This document shows, piece by piece, positions 57,191 through 64,000 of a stretch of 64,000 nucleotides of DNA (its first letter is position 1; every line of letters begins with the position of its first letter). The translations under genes were made by a program, and so were the position numbers. The notes below the pieces were generated by a model. It ran no database searches and was not told the DNA's origin. It saw only the letters and a list, made by a program, of their open reading frames with translations. The DNA is from a virus (taxonomy: Duplodnaviria; Heunggongvirae; Uroviricota; Caudoviricetes). The stretch lies in the IMG/VR virus record IMGVR_UViG_3300017963_000223; one strand, written 5' to 3'.

Positions 57191-57794
57191 CCTGGACGGC
57201 GTGCTGATCGACATGGTCGTGCCTCTTATGCAGTGGTGGGGCGTCCGCATCACAGGTGAAGCACAGTACCCGCGAGACTTTGGGTGGGATGTGAAAGGCG
57301 CCATCTCCTACGCCCTGGAAATACAGGGAAGGAGAAACAAGTCGAAGACCGTCCATGATATGTCGAGAAAGGAATTTTGGCACACTATGCCTTACTCCTT
57401 CTGGCGAGATCTTCTGCCCTATCCGACAGTCGATGCTTTTGTTAGGTTCCTTGAGCAGCAGGGGCTGGACATATACTTTATGACAGCCCACGCTAACCCC
57501 GACTGCGCCTCCGCCAAGCTGAATTGGATCAATGACTACTTCCCGAGGTATTGGGATCGAGTTCTCGTCGGCCACCCGAAGCATCTCGCTGCCAACTCGC
57601 AATCGATCCTGATTGATGACAGTGACAAAAACTGCGACGACTTTATAGCGGCCGGAGGCTTGGCCATTCTATGTCCGAGACCTTGGAACAGGAGGTGGGG
57701 CGAGTCGAGAGGTTTCAATTCGTGCCCTGAACCACGTCCCCTGGAACATGATACTGTTATCAAAAACCTCTACGAAATCGCGGAGCGGCTATGA
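57159..57794 (+). CDS. HAD-superfamily 5'(3')-deoxyribonucleotidase-like hydrolase
   Basis: HAD motif I LLDLDGVL; later IDDS. Confidence 0.55.
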   Translation: MMNLKKTILLDLDGVLIDMVVPLMQWWGVRITGEAQYPRDFGWDVKGAISYALEIQGRRNKSKTVHDMSRKEFWHTMPYSFWRDLLPYPTVDAFVRFLEQQGLDIYFMTAHANPDCASAKLNWINDYFPRYWDRVLVGHPKHLAANSQSILIDDSDKNCDDFIAAGGLAILCPRPWNRRWGESRGFNSCPEPRPLEHDTVIKNLYEIAERL

Positions 57795-58294
57795 GATTAC
57801 AAGGAGCAAACCAGAACGATTGTGTCGCCGCCTCGCTCGCTATGTTGCTTGGCGTCAGCATGGAGCACATCAAGGGTCGGTTGTTCGTCGCACTCACGAG
57901 ACCGTTCCCTAATCCGTGGGCAGAGTTTCCAAAAGTCCCGGACATGAACGTCATTTGTGACTGGCTATGGGAAAAGCACAAAGTAGCATTGACTCCGTTC
58001 GAGTACGATCCGCAATGCTCCCCTCACAAAGATTGTCCGCCCGTCTCAGTGTATCCTCAAACTTGTGGCTCCCTGCATGTAGATGCTGACTGGGCATTCA
58101 ACAAGCAGACGGCGTATGGCCCAGGGTTGTTTGAGGGCTGCATCGTCGGCAAAGAGATCGGCCACATGTGTGCTTGGGATGGGCAGACCATCTTCGATCC
58201 GCGAGGCTACTGCTATTCACGCAACGTCGCGCAAACGAAATTCAACTATCAGATCACACGCTTCTGGTTAGCAACCAAAGGAGAAGCGTTATGA
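57791..58294 (+). CDS. peptidase C39-like domain protein
   Basis: QNDCVAASLAMLLG resembles C39 catalytic Cys motif (Q..DCG.A.LAM...G); His in GHMCAWDG. Confidence 0.4.
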   Translation: MRLQGANQNDCVAASLAMLLGVSMEHIKGRLFVALTRPFPNPWAEFPKVPDMNVICDWLWEKHKVALTPFEYDPQCSPHKDCPPVSVYPQTCGSLHVDADWAFNKQTAYGPGLFEGCIVGKEIGHMCAWDGQTIFDPRGYCYSRNVAQTKFNYQITRFWLATKGEAL

Positions 58295-58992
58295 ACTACA
58301 TCCACTTGAAGCACTACCACACGAATGTGATGAACTTTGAGCATCCTATGCTTGATGATGTGGTCGAGTCTTATGATAGTGATAAGCTTGACGCCCTTGC
58401 CTGGAAAGTTGTCGATGGGGCCGATCCTGAAGAGTTGGTGTTGGCTCTTCGGTCTTGCCTCAAGTTGCTGGTGGGTCGGCTCCTCGGCAACTGGCCAGAG
58501 AGCGAGCCTTATGTGGATGATATGGTCAGTGAGGGCTTCGCTGAGATCGTTCGGCTATGTAACGACATCCCGGAAGACCTGCTGGCGGAGAAAAGCATCT
58601 TCAAGATCGCTGACTCTCGCGCACAGGCCGGTATTGAAAGAATGTTGAATAGTTTGAGAGCCCTTGCAGCCGTCAGTCCTAGAACTCAGATGGCACGATT
58701 CAACCGAGATGAGGACCCTTTCTATGTCCAAAGTGTGAGCGACTCAACACTGCGGACTCCAGAAGATGAGACGGCTTGGCACCCGATTGAAGACGGGGAT
58801 GAGCAGATCAGAGATGTGTTGGAGTCTATCAGAATGCTTCCACCCTCTGATGAAATTGACAAGAAGATACTCAATCCTCTCTATTGGAACATGTCGGATT
58901 CAGAATTAGCAAACGAAGTGGGAGTCAGTAGGCAAGCTATCCGAAAACGGAAGCGTCGCCTTTACAATCAATATCTCAAAATTACGGAGTAA
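58291..58992 (+). CDS. phage-encoded ECF-like sigma factor
   Basis: C-terminal region-4 HTH MSDSELANEVGVSRQAIRKRKRRL; region-2-like segment upstream; ATGA coupling. Confidence 0.55.
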   Translation: MNYIHLKHYHTNVMNFEHPMLDDVVESYDSDKLDALAWKVVDGADPEELVLALRSCLKLLVGRLLGNWPESEPYVDDMVSEGFAEIVRLCNDIPEDLLAEKSIFKIADSRAQAGIERMLNSLRALAAVSPRTQMARFNRDEDPFYVQSVSDSTLRTPEDETAWHPIEDGDEQIRDVLESIRMLPPSDEIDKKILNPLYWNMSDSELANEVGVSRQAIRKRKRRLYNQYLKITE

Positions 58993-58995
58993 GCC

Positions 58996-59466
58996 ATGAA
59001 GAAGTCGTTTTGCGCGTTTTGTATCCTTGCGTTGCTCGCCATGAACATCACGATGGCTGTAGGCGTCGCCAATACTGAGTGGTGTGCCGCACGATGGGCC
59101 GAGCGAGTGAGCAGCTATGAGGAAGTTCGGCAATTGAATCGGGAGCTTTATGTCTCGAATCAGTATTCGTCTCATCTCGTTGAAGGCGTGAGGATGCTGG
59201 CGGTGGAAAACGGCCTCTTATGTGAGCGAGACATTGCGGCAGCGAAGGTCGTCATGCAGTACGAGGAAGAAAATCGACGACTGAAAACGTCGCTCGGCGA
59301 CGCCTGCAAAAGACTCGAAGAGCAGATCGATCAGATCAACACGCTGATGGATGAAGTCGAGAATCTCAGGTGGCAGATCAAAGTCTTGGAAGACGCGATC
59401 GCCAGATCCAATGAAGAAGAGCCTCCCGCAACTGATGAAACTGTTTCACCAACGAGGACACTATGA
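58996..59466 (+). CDS. N-terminally anchored coiled-coil protein
   Basis: Hydrophobic N-terminus then heptad-rich region; topology recalls i-spanins or anti-sigma factors. Confidence 0.4.
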   Translation: MKKSFCAFCILALLAMNITMAVGVANTEWCAARWAERVSSYEEVRQLNRELYVSNQYSSHLVEGVRMLAVENGLLCERDIAAAKVVMQYEEENRRLKTSLGDACKRLEEQIDQINTLMDEVENLRWQIKVLEDAIARSNEEEPPATDETVSPTRTL

Positions 59467-59900
59467 AAGACGAAGCCCCGAAAGTGCCGTTCCGATTATC
59501 AGAGGTCCCGTCCCTCGCCCCGATTGTCACCCAGGCGATCATCGACGCGGGAATCTCAATTGTACAAGGCCGAGTGACTGACACCAACGGTCAGATATTT
59601 GCCAACTTCTCAATCTCGTCCAGCGAGGTGGCAGAGATGACGGCCTCCGACCTTTTCCTTGACTTCCTGAAACCCGCAACAGAAGAGGTGGCCAAGAAGA
59701 TCATCAAGTACGCAGGGGATTGCAACCTGTGTACATCGGCCGCCCCGCTGCCGCCAAAGGGAAGCCCTGTTGTCGGGTTCCGCTGTATCGGCGGTTTGAT
59801 TCCGGTGAACATCTATGTTGCACGTAGACAATCGCCGGATCGTCATCAGTTCATCATCGAAACCCGTGTCACTCGTGTGGAGAAAGAAGATGGCGCGTAG
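59463..59900 (+). CDS. hypothetical protein
   Basis: ATGA coupling. Confidence 0.4.
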   Translation: MKDEAPKVPFRLSEVPSLAPIVTQAIIDAGISIVQGRVTDTNGQIFANFSISSSEVAEMTASDLFLDFLKPATEEVAKKIIKYAGDCNLCTSAAPLPPKGSPVVGFRCIGGLIPVNIYVARRQSPDRHQFIIETRVTRVEKEDGA

Positions 59901-60984
59901 AGAATTCTTACAGCTTGCGAAGAAGTTCACGCTGGGCAAGGATGATCCCAGCGGCATGTTCATCTCGGAGAAGCTCGACGGGACTCGGGTGTTCTGGGAC
60001 GGCGGCATCTCGCGTGGCATGTCGACCATCGAAGTGCCTTGGGCCAACGTCGTCAACCCAAAGACCGGGGAGTTGAAGCCCAAGATCAAAGAAAGAGCAA
60101 CCGGCCTCTGGTCGCGATACGGCAACCCGATCATCGCCCCAGACTGGTGGTTGAACCGCCTGCCGCAGATCTTCCTTGACGGTGAGTTGTTTGCGGGTAG
60201 GGGCAACTTCCAGACGCTCCGGTCGATCGTGGCAAAGGATGTCGCCGACGAAGCGGCTTGGCGGGATGTTCAATTTGCAGCGTTCGGCTGCCCTTCCGCT
60301 GAGCAGGTATTCGCTCCTGGCGAAATCAAGAACTCAAACATGGTGCTCGACATCCACCCGATGGTTATCACACAGTTCCTCCGTAGCCGAATCGAAAGGG
60401 GCTTTGCAGAAGAGTTATCATACGCCTATACACACACCTTCACGTTCGAGCAAGAACTGAAACACCTTCAAAGTGCCCTTCCCCAGGACGACTTGGTCTA
60501 TCTACATCGCCACGTCCAGTTGCCGGGCGATCGCTCAGCAGCCGAATCGCACATGGGCCGGTTCATGGATGAGGTGTTGAACGAAGGCGGTGAGGGCGTC
60601 ATGCTCCGTGACCCGCAAGCGATCTGGACGCCCAAGCGTGTGAAGAGCCTGCTGAAGCTGAAGCCGTTCAGTGACGATCAGGGGACGTTGATCGGCTTTG
60701 TCTCCGGGCGGCAAACTGACAAAGGCAGTAAGCTGCGTGGACTGATTGGCGCCATGGTTCTTGACTATAAGGGCAAGCGACTGGAGTTGAGCGGGTTCAC
60801 CGATGAGGAGCGACGGTTTGCCACTGAGGGGATGACGAAGTTTGCCTACAACAACCCCGGTGAAGAAATGTCTTTCCACTTCCAGGGGAAACACTTCAAA
60901 GTCGGCGACACGATCGAATTCCGCTACCGAGAGCTATCTGATGATGGAATCCCGAAGGAGGCCCGCTACCTGCGAAAGACCTGA
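59890..60984 (+). CDS. ATP-dependent DNA ligase
   Basis: Motif I SEKLDGTR; motif IV EGVMLRDP; motif V LLKLKP; size typical of T7-like ligases. Confidence 0.75.
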   Translation: MARREFLQLAKKFTLGKDDPSGMFISEKLDGTRVFWDGGISRGMSTIEVPWANVVNPKTGELKPKIKERATGLWSRYGNPIIAPDWWLNRLPQIFLDGELFAGRGNFQTLRSIVAKDVADEAAWRDVQFAAFGCPSAEQVFAPGEIKNSNMVLDIHPMVITQFLRSRIERGFAEELSYAYTHTFTFEQELKHLQSALPQDDLVYLHRHVQLPGDRSAAESHMGRFMDEVLNEGGEGVMLRDPQAIWTPKRVKSLLKLKPFSDDQGTLIGFVSGRQTDKGSKLRGLIGAMVLDYKGKRLELSGFTDEERRFATEGMTKFAYNNPGEEMSFHFQGKHFKVGDTIEFRYRELSDDGIPKEARYLRKT

Positions 60985-61158
60985 GCCGGTAGCGTATGAT
61001 GTGAGTATCAAGGTGGAGAACGGAAGCTTCACCGTCGAGATCAGGGAGGACGCGGAAGTCAAAAGGTTTCCCGCTCGCTCGTTGAGACATGCTCAAGCAA
61101 TCAGGAATTTCCTTGGGCCGGATGTTTACGAAGGATCGCTGACAACAATGAAGAGGTC

Positions 61159-61389
61159 GTGATGTCGGACAAGAAAGTCAAGGATAAGCACATCACTCGG
61201 AAAGGTCATGCAGGCTTAATTTACCTAGCGACCGTGGAGTATTATCAAGATCGACCGTTCCGTGATGAACACTTCCCTGTAGTGAGAGAGTTCTCAGACT
61301 TGAAAGCGGCTCAGAAGTTTCTGGAGAAGTATCCGCGAGACGTTTGGGACGGGCTAGCACACAAAGGCAGAAAACAACCCATACTGTAG
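61159..61389 (+). CDS. hypothetical protein
   Basis: ORF. Confidence 0.4.
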   Translation: MMSDKKVKDKHITRKGHAGLIYLATVEYYQDRPFRDEHFPVVREFSDLKAAQKFLEKYPRDVWDGLAHKGRKQPIL

Positions 61390-61396
61390 GAAGACA

Positions 61397-61813
61397 ATGC
61401 TTGAAGTGAAGTGCTATGGCGGCCCAGCGCACGGGCGCACAATGAAGTTGACCGACCATGCGGTCCCTCGAATTGAGATGATACCTAAGCCTCATCTCCT
61501 GCCCCGTCTCAGTTCGATGCCCTTTGACATGATACCGCCTGCCCCGATCGCCTACGAGACCTGCACATACTATCTGCAAACGCACCGACAGTATGGGGTC
61601 ACTGAATGGCACTCCGAAGTCTATCGACAGTTAATGGTCTTGGTGCTAGATGGCGCCGATCTGACGATCCGCGAGGAGCACGACCTGGAACGCGACCTGG
61701 AACGAGTCCCATGGATTTGGAAGCACAAGCCATCAATCCTGCGCTGGTTTGAGGCATGGTGGGAGAAAGCCCTCCACGATGAGGGTGTGAAGAAAGCAAA
61801 AGTCTACTACTAA
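61397..61813 (+). CDS. hypothetical protein
   Basis: ORF. Confidence 0.4.
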   Translation: MLEVKCYGGPAHGRTMKLTDHAVPRIEMIPKPHLLPRLSSMPFDMIPPAPIAYETCTYYLQTHRQYGVTEWHSEVYRQLMVLVLDGADLTIREEHDLERDLERVPWIWKHKPSILRWFEAWWEKALHDEGVKKAKVYY

Positions 61814-61828
61814 CCCGAGGAGTGTCCG

Positions 61829-62137
61829 ATGCGAGAACAGTTGCTTGCCATGTTGAAGCCTTACATTTCTGACGTTGAACAATGCAACTCAGTTGTTGAG
61901 AAGCTAGTCGATCTCATCGAAGAACACCGTGAGTTGCAGGTTGAGATCGCCCGAGACGAAGGTTATGACTCAGGTCGGGCTGACGGCCTAGCTGAAGGCC
62001 ATGACGAAGGCTATGACGAAGGCTATGACGAAGGCTCTGACGAAGGCAAGGAGGAAGGCTACGACGATGGCTACACCAGAGGGTATAACCATGGATACGG
62101 TGAAGGCTACGACGACGGCATCGACGAAAGAATGTGA
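61829..62137 (+). CDS. highly acidic protein with (D/E)EGYD tandem repeats
   Basis: EGHDEGYDEGYDEGSDEGKEEGYDDGY...; encoded by 12-bp tandem repeats. Confidence 0.5.
   Translation: MREQLLAMLKPYISDVEQCNSVVEKLVDLIEEHRELQVEIARDEGYDSGRADGLAEGHDEGYDEGYDEGSDEGKEEGYDDGYTRGYNHGYGEGYDDGIDERM
61978..62095 (+). repeat. 12-bp tandem repeat (gacgaaggctat-like) array inside acidic-protein gene
   Basis: gaaggccatgacgaaggctatgacgaaggctatgacgaaggctctgacgaaggc... Confidence 0.6.
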
Positions 62138-62150
62138 ATTTCTTTGTGAT

Positions 62151-62188
62151 TTGACTTGACAAACACCATCCCGTAGGGTATACTTTAG
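62151..62188 (+). promoter_or_regulatory. phage promoter copy 7 (tandem TTGACT/TTGACA -35, N17, GGTATACTTTA)
   Basis: TATACT 62179-62184; RBS GTAGGAGA; ATG 62201. Confidence 0.6.
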
Positions 62189-62200
62189 TAGGAGACCAAC

Positions 62201-63037
62201 ATGCTTGACAAACTAGTGAACAAACATGGGCAGGTGATTGAAGGCTCAGAAAACTATGAGCCCAAAAAGACACACCTTGACCTATTCAAGGCGCTGGCTG
62301 CTCAGCCTGATGACACTCGTGGTATGAAGCAGGCTTTGCTGATTCTATCGACGCCTCGTTGCGGGTCGACTCTCTTCTGCGAGGCGCTGAACAACACTCG
62401 TCAGCTTGGCGTCGCTGACGAGTGGCTGAACTATGAATACTTCTCTGCCTGGGCGGCCGTTCTTGATTTGAACCACTTTGACTTGAACGAGTACATGACC
62501 TGGGTTTCCCGAAAAACGATGCGAAACACCGGGGTGCTGGTGATCAATTGGCATGTCGGTCAGATCATCGCCATGAACCATGATTTTGGTCTCGGCCTTC
62601 AATCGATAGACTTCAAGAAGATCGTCTATCTGACACGACGAGACAAGATTGCTCAGGCTGTGTCTCTTGCGAAAGCGATTGTCACGAACCAATTCCGCTC
62701 GTATGAGGAAGCCGAGGAGAGTCCAGACAAGGAAGGCGGGCTTTCGCTTCCGTCGATCGCCAAGTCCTTGTACAGTATCACCGATTTCGACGGTGTCGTC
62801 CGCACCCACTTCAGCAAGGAGATTGACTACACCTGGGACTATGAGGACTTCAGACAACTCGGCAGCGACACAGTTCCGCCGCACGAAAGCTATGAGATCA
62901 TCTTGAGAGAATTCGGCGGCGTCCCTCAACCTTGCTATTCGGCAGGCAATTTGAAGAAGCAGGGAGGTGATGAAAACGCGCAAGCTGCCGCCCGCTTTCT
63001 GAAATACATCACAGGAGAGCCCAATGAGAACGATTGA
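62201..63037 (+). CDS. Stf0-like sulfotransferase
   Basis: N-terminal LLILSTPRCGSTLFCEALNN...G..DEWLNYEYF matches Stf0/sulfotransferase PAPS-binding P-loop region (..RSGSTLL.E.L...G..GEP.E.F). Confidence 0.55.
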   Translation: MLDKLVNKHGQVIEGSENYEPKKTHLDLFKALAAQPDDTRGMKQALLILSTPRCGSTLFCEALNNTRQLGVADEWLNYEYFSAWAAVLDLNHFDLNEYMTWVSRKTMRNTGVLVINWHVGQIIAMNHDFGLGLQSIDFKKIVYLTRRDKIAQAVSLAKAIVTNQFRSYEEAEESPDKEGGLSLPSIAKSLYSITDFDGVVRTHFSKEIDYTWDYEDFRQLGSDTVPPHESYEIILREFGGVPQPCYSAGNLKKQGGDENAQAAARFLKYITGEPNEND

Positions 63038-64000
63038 AAAACTGTCGCCCACCAGCCTGCATTTGTGGGAAAGAGACCGCGACGGCTTCTACGTGAAGTA
63101 CCTCTCTGAGGCGCCCAAACCGTGGGAGCCTCAAACCGAGGCGATGACAATTGGTAGTGCGTTTGACGCCTTCGTTAAGTGCTCGCTGCATTATCACTTG
63201 TTTGGCCACGACGGCGACGGTGAGTACGATCTCAAGACGCTACTGGAGAAGCAGTGCCAGGTCGCTGAATTGAGGCCTTGGGCTTGGGAAGCTGGCAAGT
63301 ACGCCTTCGACTGTTACCGCACATGGGGTTGTTACGACGAACTGCTTAGCGAGTTGCAACAGAGCGAGGAAGACCCTCAGTTTGAGTTTGAGCTACGCGG
63401 AACAGTCGGGGGCGTGCCCCTTGTCGGCAAGCCTGACTTGTGGTATCGCAAGACTATCCAAGTCATCTATGACTGGAAGGTGATGGGCTTCTGCTCACGC
63501 CATCCACAGTCTCCGAAAAAGTTCTACAAGACATGCCGTGATTGCTGGGGCGATGATCGTGCGAAACCGACTCGCGGTTTCAAAGGCAAGCCTTTGGCGC
63601 ACAAAGGCTACAAGGAGATCGACCACCACGGCCATAAGATCGGTGGCCACTTCCTTGAAGAGGTCGACAAGAAGTGGGCGGATCAAATCGCGATCTACGG
63701 GTGGATGTCCGGTGTGTCAGTTGGAGATGAAGACACTGTGGTGGGTATCGACCAACTGGCCTGCAAGCCGTCACCTGACCCTGACAAAGAACGGTTCCCG
63801 CTTATCCGGGTGGCTCAGCATCGTTGTCGTATTTCGCATGTCTATCAGCAGCAGCTTGTCGCCCGCTTGCAAGATTGCTGGAATCAGATTCAGTCCGGGT
63901 GGATTTTCCCCGACTTGTCCCGTGAGGAAAGTGACGAGCGGTGCGAAATGATGGACTTGCAGCTTCAGGGCGACGCCGCTGGATTCAGTAAAGAGGCTGT
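63024..64000 (+). CDS. PD-(D/E)xK family nuclease (Cas4/RecB-like), 3'-truncated by window end
   Basis: Open frame from ATG 63024 to window end; motif GKPDLWYRKTIQVIYDWKV; multiple Cys. Not in ORF table because no stop in window. Confidence 0.5.
   Translation, partial: MRTIEKLSPTSLHLWERDRDGFYVKYLSEAPKPWEPQTEAMTIGSAFDAFVKCSLHYHLFGHDGDGEYDLKTLLEKQCQVAELRPWAWEAGKYAFDCYRTWGCYDELLSELQQSEEDPQFEFELRGTVGGVPLVGKPDLWYRKTIQVIYDWKVMGFCSRHPQSPKKFYKTCRDCWGDDRAKPTRGFKGKPLAHKGYKEIDHHGHKIGGHFLEEVDKKWADQIAIYGWMSGVSVGDEDTVVGIDQLACKPSPDPDKERFPLIRVAQHRCRISHVYQQQLVARLQDCWNQIQSGWIFPDLSREESDERCEMMDLQLQGDAAGFSKEA

Noticed and set aside
1-64000. CRISPR arrays, integrase/recombinase and reverse transcriptase (DGR or retron)
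   Set aside because: No regularly spaced direct repeats were found, no tyrosine/serine recombinase motifs and no YxDD RT motif in any frame. The tandem repeats found lie inside coding genes (scaffold, acidic protein) and are translated.

Overview
The window is about 64 kb of a GC-rich tailed dsDNA phage, or prophage, genome with a siphovirus-like gene order. Almost every gene is tightly packed on the + strand, and the sequence still runs on at both edges.

Modules, left to right:
- Positions 1-4.5 kb hold a tRNA-Pro and several small secreted or accessory proteins: an Ig-like secreted protein, a Tat-signal papain-like peptidase and a thioredoxin-like CxxC protein.
- Positions 4.5-32 kb are a classical rightward morphogenesis block. 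It runs from a possible small terminase and a GpA-type large terminase through portal, scaffold with GGDAGG repeats, and major capsid, followed by a terminator and a tRNA-Thr.
- The tail region follows. It includes two paralogous tail-fibre or tailspike proteins, the major tail protein, assembly chaperones, a 1155-aa tape measure, distal tail proteins and a 1029-aa tail-tip protein.
- Positions 32.4-36.5 kb are a leftward replication operon: a DEDDh exonuclease, a possible DUF5664-like dNTP pyrophosphohydrolase-family protein (low confidence) and a primase/SF3-helicase.
- This operon diverges from a roughly 500-bp palindrome- and iteron-rich control region at 36.5-37.0 kb, which is a candidate origin with twin divergent promoters.
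- From 37 kb to the window end is a rightward early/middle region carrying these genes:
  - a ParB-like nuclease, an SNF2 helicase, a zinc-ribbon sugar C-methyltransferase and a GT41-like glycosyltransferase;
  - an HTH-metallophosphoesterase, a family A DNA polymerase and a second DEDDh exonuclease;
  - a VRR-NUC nuclease, a HAD nucleotidase, a C39-like peptidase and an ECF-like sigma factor;
  - an ATP-dependent DNA ligase, a Stf0-like sulfotransferase and a partial PD-(D/E)xK nuclease;
  - a tRNA-Asn.
- The early/middle region is punctuated by at least seven copies of a highly conserved sigma70-like promoter, TTGACA-N16/17-TATACTTGA.

No integrase, CRISPR array, reverse transcriptase or recognisable endolysin was seen. 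The most unusual content is the phage-borne methyl-, glycosyl- and sulfo-transferase set.
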